This document shows, in pieces, positions 61,435 through 64,000 of a DNA stretch of 64,000 nt (position 1 is the first letter of the stretch; the number at the start of each line of letters is the position of its first letter). The position numbers and the translations under genes are program-made. Where the stretch lies: positions 434,001 through 498,000 of the forward strand of contig JAKMXF010000266.1 in the NCBI GenBank assembly GCA_024704765.1. The letters are read 5' to 3'. Source of the stretch: Oopsacas minuta (lineage: Eukaryota; Animalia; Porifera). Below the pieces are notes generated by a model. That model worked only from the letters and a program-made list of their open reading frames with translations. It made no database searches and was not told the origin of the DNA.

Positions 61435-64000
61435 ATGGCACAGAAACAGACCTCCAAGGGCCCTACCACAACCAATACTGTATTGTTAGGTAAAAACGAT
61501 CACGTCAAGACTGTTCTGACAAAAATACATCGAATATTTGTAGATCACAGCTCGAATAATAAGATTCCAAAACATAGACACTCACACACATCAAATCAAG
61601 ACCTTAGAATTAATCGAACATATGAGCCTGTCCCTCCCACACAAGTTACACCCTCGACACGCAATGTTGAAAAAGCCTTCGCTATTTTCAAGTCAGATAC
61701 TTTTACGTGTATTTACAACGTGAATAAAAATATTAGAGAATCGGGTCTCACGAATGGAGGCTCAAACATCAACTTTGATTTTCTATACAATGGAGATGTC
61801 GTGGTCCTTCAGGGGACACCCTTGTACCCCTGTCTCGATAAAGAAACACATCGACCCTCCCCTTCTATCACTCATGTACCAAACACGAATGAGGGACAAA
61901 ACTCACAGAGCAATAGTTTAAATGGTGAATGTAATGACAATCAAACTCAATACCAAGTATGTTTAATTCCTAATTCGTAATTACGTTGTCGCGATACAGA
62001 ATGAGAAGCACATTTTCTAAGTTCATTCTTTAGAAATGCTTGTTAATCGTGAATCGTATTAGAACTGGTATATATGTGTCTGGAATGCAAATATTACAGC
62101 ATATCCGTGTCCAAACATTCCAGTTAAACCAAAGGAATTCTGCTCAAATTGGTATCTCACATTTTTTGTGAATTTCTATTGAATCTCGTTCATATTTAAT
62201 AATTTCATTTGGATAAATCGACAAATCAATCTTTGCTATAATTCATTTAGTGATTTTGTGCTATATATTGTTACAGATTGGTTTACGAGGTAATGAATTA
62301 TCAAATATCAAATTCTATGTTTTGTAGCTAAGTTTGATACTTAAATCTAGCTGAACTTTGTTCAGAGATACACTTACTGAAGATATCTTGTGATCATATT
62401 CGAGTAGAATTTCGGTTTTCTGATCAACGCGGTAATTTATTATCCCAATTCAATAGAATTATACAATTTTACATTCATAGAGCTCGATAAAATGCTGAAA
62501 TATCAATAAGTGAGGGAGTTCGGTCCTGCGAATCTCCTGATAACCCCCATTCCGCATTTCATACTTTGAAATGTAAATGTCCTTGAACGCGAGAGATATT
62601 TGATTCAATATGTATAGCTACTTTCTCCAAAAACTGTTTTTCAATGATATTTGAGTAATCAAATATGCCCTAAGGACAGGCTAAGGTTGTTGAATGAATA
62701 TAAAAATTGGTAAGAATTTTTCTTCTCAGAAACCCAAAAACCCAAAAATTTCAATTCAACAAAACGATAAATTGAATATTCAAGAAGATATATCGTACAA
62801 TTCCCCGCTTATAGAGGTAATTTCAATAGTGTGAGGCATAATTTCCTCTATAGTATCCCCATTCCCCACCTTATAGAGATCCCACTTATAGATGTTGCAC
62901 TATAAAACTTATTTTCTAAGGTGAAAGCACGAATAGAACATTCTTTATATAATTGTCCGTCCTCTGTATAGGATCCTTCAATGCAATCCAAACGAATCTC
63001 CATAACTTTCGGTCAGAACCCAGAGCCTGTTGGTATCAGCATAAAGCGTCTGGACCTTTCAGAAGGTTCAGGGATATACGTCATAGGAATACAACCAAAT
63101 TCTCCAGCAGCTAGAGACGGTCGGCTAAAGGTATTTGACGAATTATTAACAGTTAATGACACTCCCGTCCGACAATTTCCATACGATCAACTGAGATCAA
63201 TTTTCACTCATAGAGGAATTACCCTGAAACTCACAGTATACCGTAATTGCTCAGCAGCTATACTACACGCTATCGGCTATCCTATACCAAACGATAATAC
63301 AGGAGAGAACTTTAATACATACCACAGTCCATCAAATTCAGACCCATCAATAGAATACGTAGAATTACACAGTGATATGAGAGATTTCGGATTCTTCGTT
63401 GCCCCGGGCTGTGGAGAGTATCCTGTCATTAATCATATATCTCCAGCTAGTCAGAGTGAATTAGATAACCGATTGAGGATAGGTGATGAACTAATTCAGG
63501 TCAACGAGCACCATGTAAGGAACGTAGCCTCACAGGTTGTTATGGAGCTAATACAGAAGAATACAGATATTAAACTCAAAGTAAGACACATGGTAGACCC
63601 GCTTAAAACTCCTACAGAAATGCACCCACAAGTAAATCATACTCGTGACGTAGATATTATATCAGTAACTATAATGAGGGATACTAGAGGTTCTCTTGGC
63701 ATATCAATACAAGGAGTGACGTCAGATAATGACGTATCATCTCCTGAAGATGGTATATACATAGCCAAAATTTCTACAGACGGACCAGCTGATATGAATG
63801 GGATAATTAAAGAAGGGGACAGGATTATTGAGGTTAATGGGAACAATCTAAAGGGTGTCGATCTTAAAAGAGCTCTAAGACTAGTGAAAATGAGTGGTAA
63901 CCCTGTGAATCTCGTGCTAGAGCGAGGAAGAGATGGTAAACAGGTGGAATTGGCATATGATCAAGATTCTAGTACGGAGAATTATACACAAGAGAATACA
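61435..64000 (+). CDS. L27 + multi-PDZ scaffold (MPDZ/PATJ-like), 5' part; runs off the window end
   Basis: Exon 1 61435-61956 has an L27-like helix (NVEKAFAIFKSDTFTCIYNV); exon 2 from 62972 is open to 64000 and encodes three PDZ domains (GIYVIGIQPNSPAARDGRLKV.D; FGF....VI..I.P.....RL.IGD; SLGISIQG...GIYIAKI...GPA...G.IKEGD.I..VNG). Confidence 0.82.

Noticed and set aside
2181-63846. Numerous short antisense or alternative-frame ORFs overlapping real exons (e.g. 8846-9103, 30152-30493, 36637-37147, 38957-39298, 51116-51352, 63637-63846)
   Set aside because: Shadow ORFs of coding sequence with no independent motifs.

Overview
AT-rich, gene-dense eukaryotic (animal) genomic DNA with short GT-AG introns. 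By gene content, compactness and many intronless genes it most resembles a compact early-branching animal genome such as a glass sponge; this is an inference, not shown by the sequence. About 18 protein-coding loci are present. On the + strand: POFUT2, an NAD-dependent epimerase/SDR, ANKFY1 (rabankyrin-5), an ankyrin-repeat TRP channel, a smoothelin-like CH-domain protein, NUBPL, TEX10/Ipi1, a Slo2/KCNT potassium channel, HMGB, an orphan propeller-like protein, a Rab19/30/43-type GTPase, COA1, CCDC146, ANKRD53, a PQ-loop protein and the 5' part of an L27 + multi-PDZ (MPDZ/PATJ-like) gene. On the - strand: a frameshifted multi-pass membrane gene and an SLC15/POT transporter. Introns and spacers carry many small non-autonomous DNA transposons (TA-flanked Tc1/mariner-type and hAT-type MITEs) and a few microsatellites. 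No tRNA, rRNA or CRISPR array was recognised. The most notable observations are (1) near-unidirectional, tightly spaced gene runs with splice-acceptor-like YAG just before many start codons (possible operon/spliced-leader trans-splicing), (2) a Slo2 channel with a ~145-aa Cys-rich extracellular S1-S2 loop, (3) a smoothelin-architecture gene, (4) a possible alternative terminal exon for the TRP channel and (5) a POT transporter lacking the ExxER motif. Exon boundaries were read by eye and may be off by a few bases.
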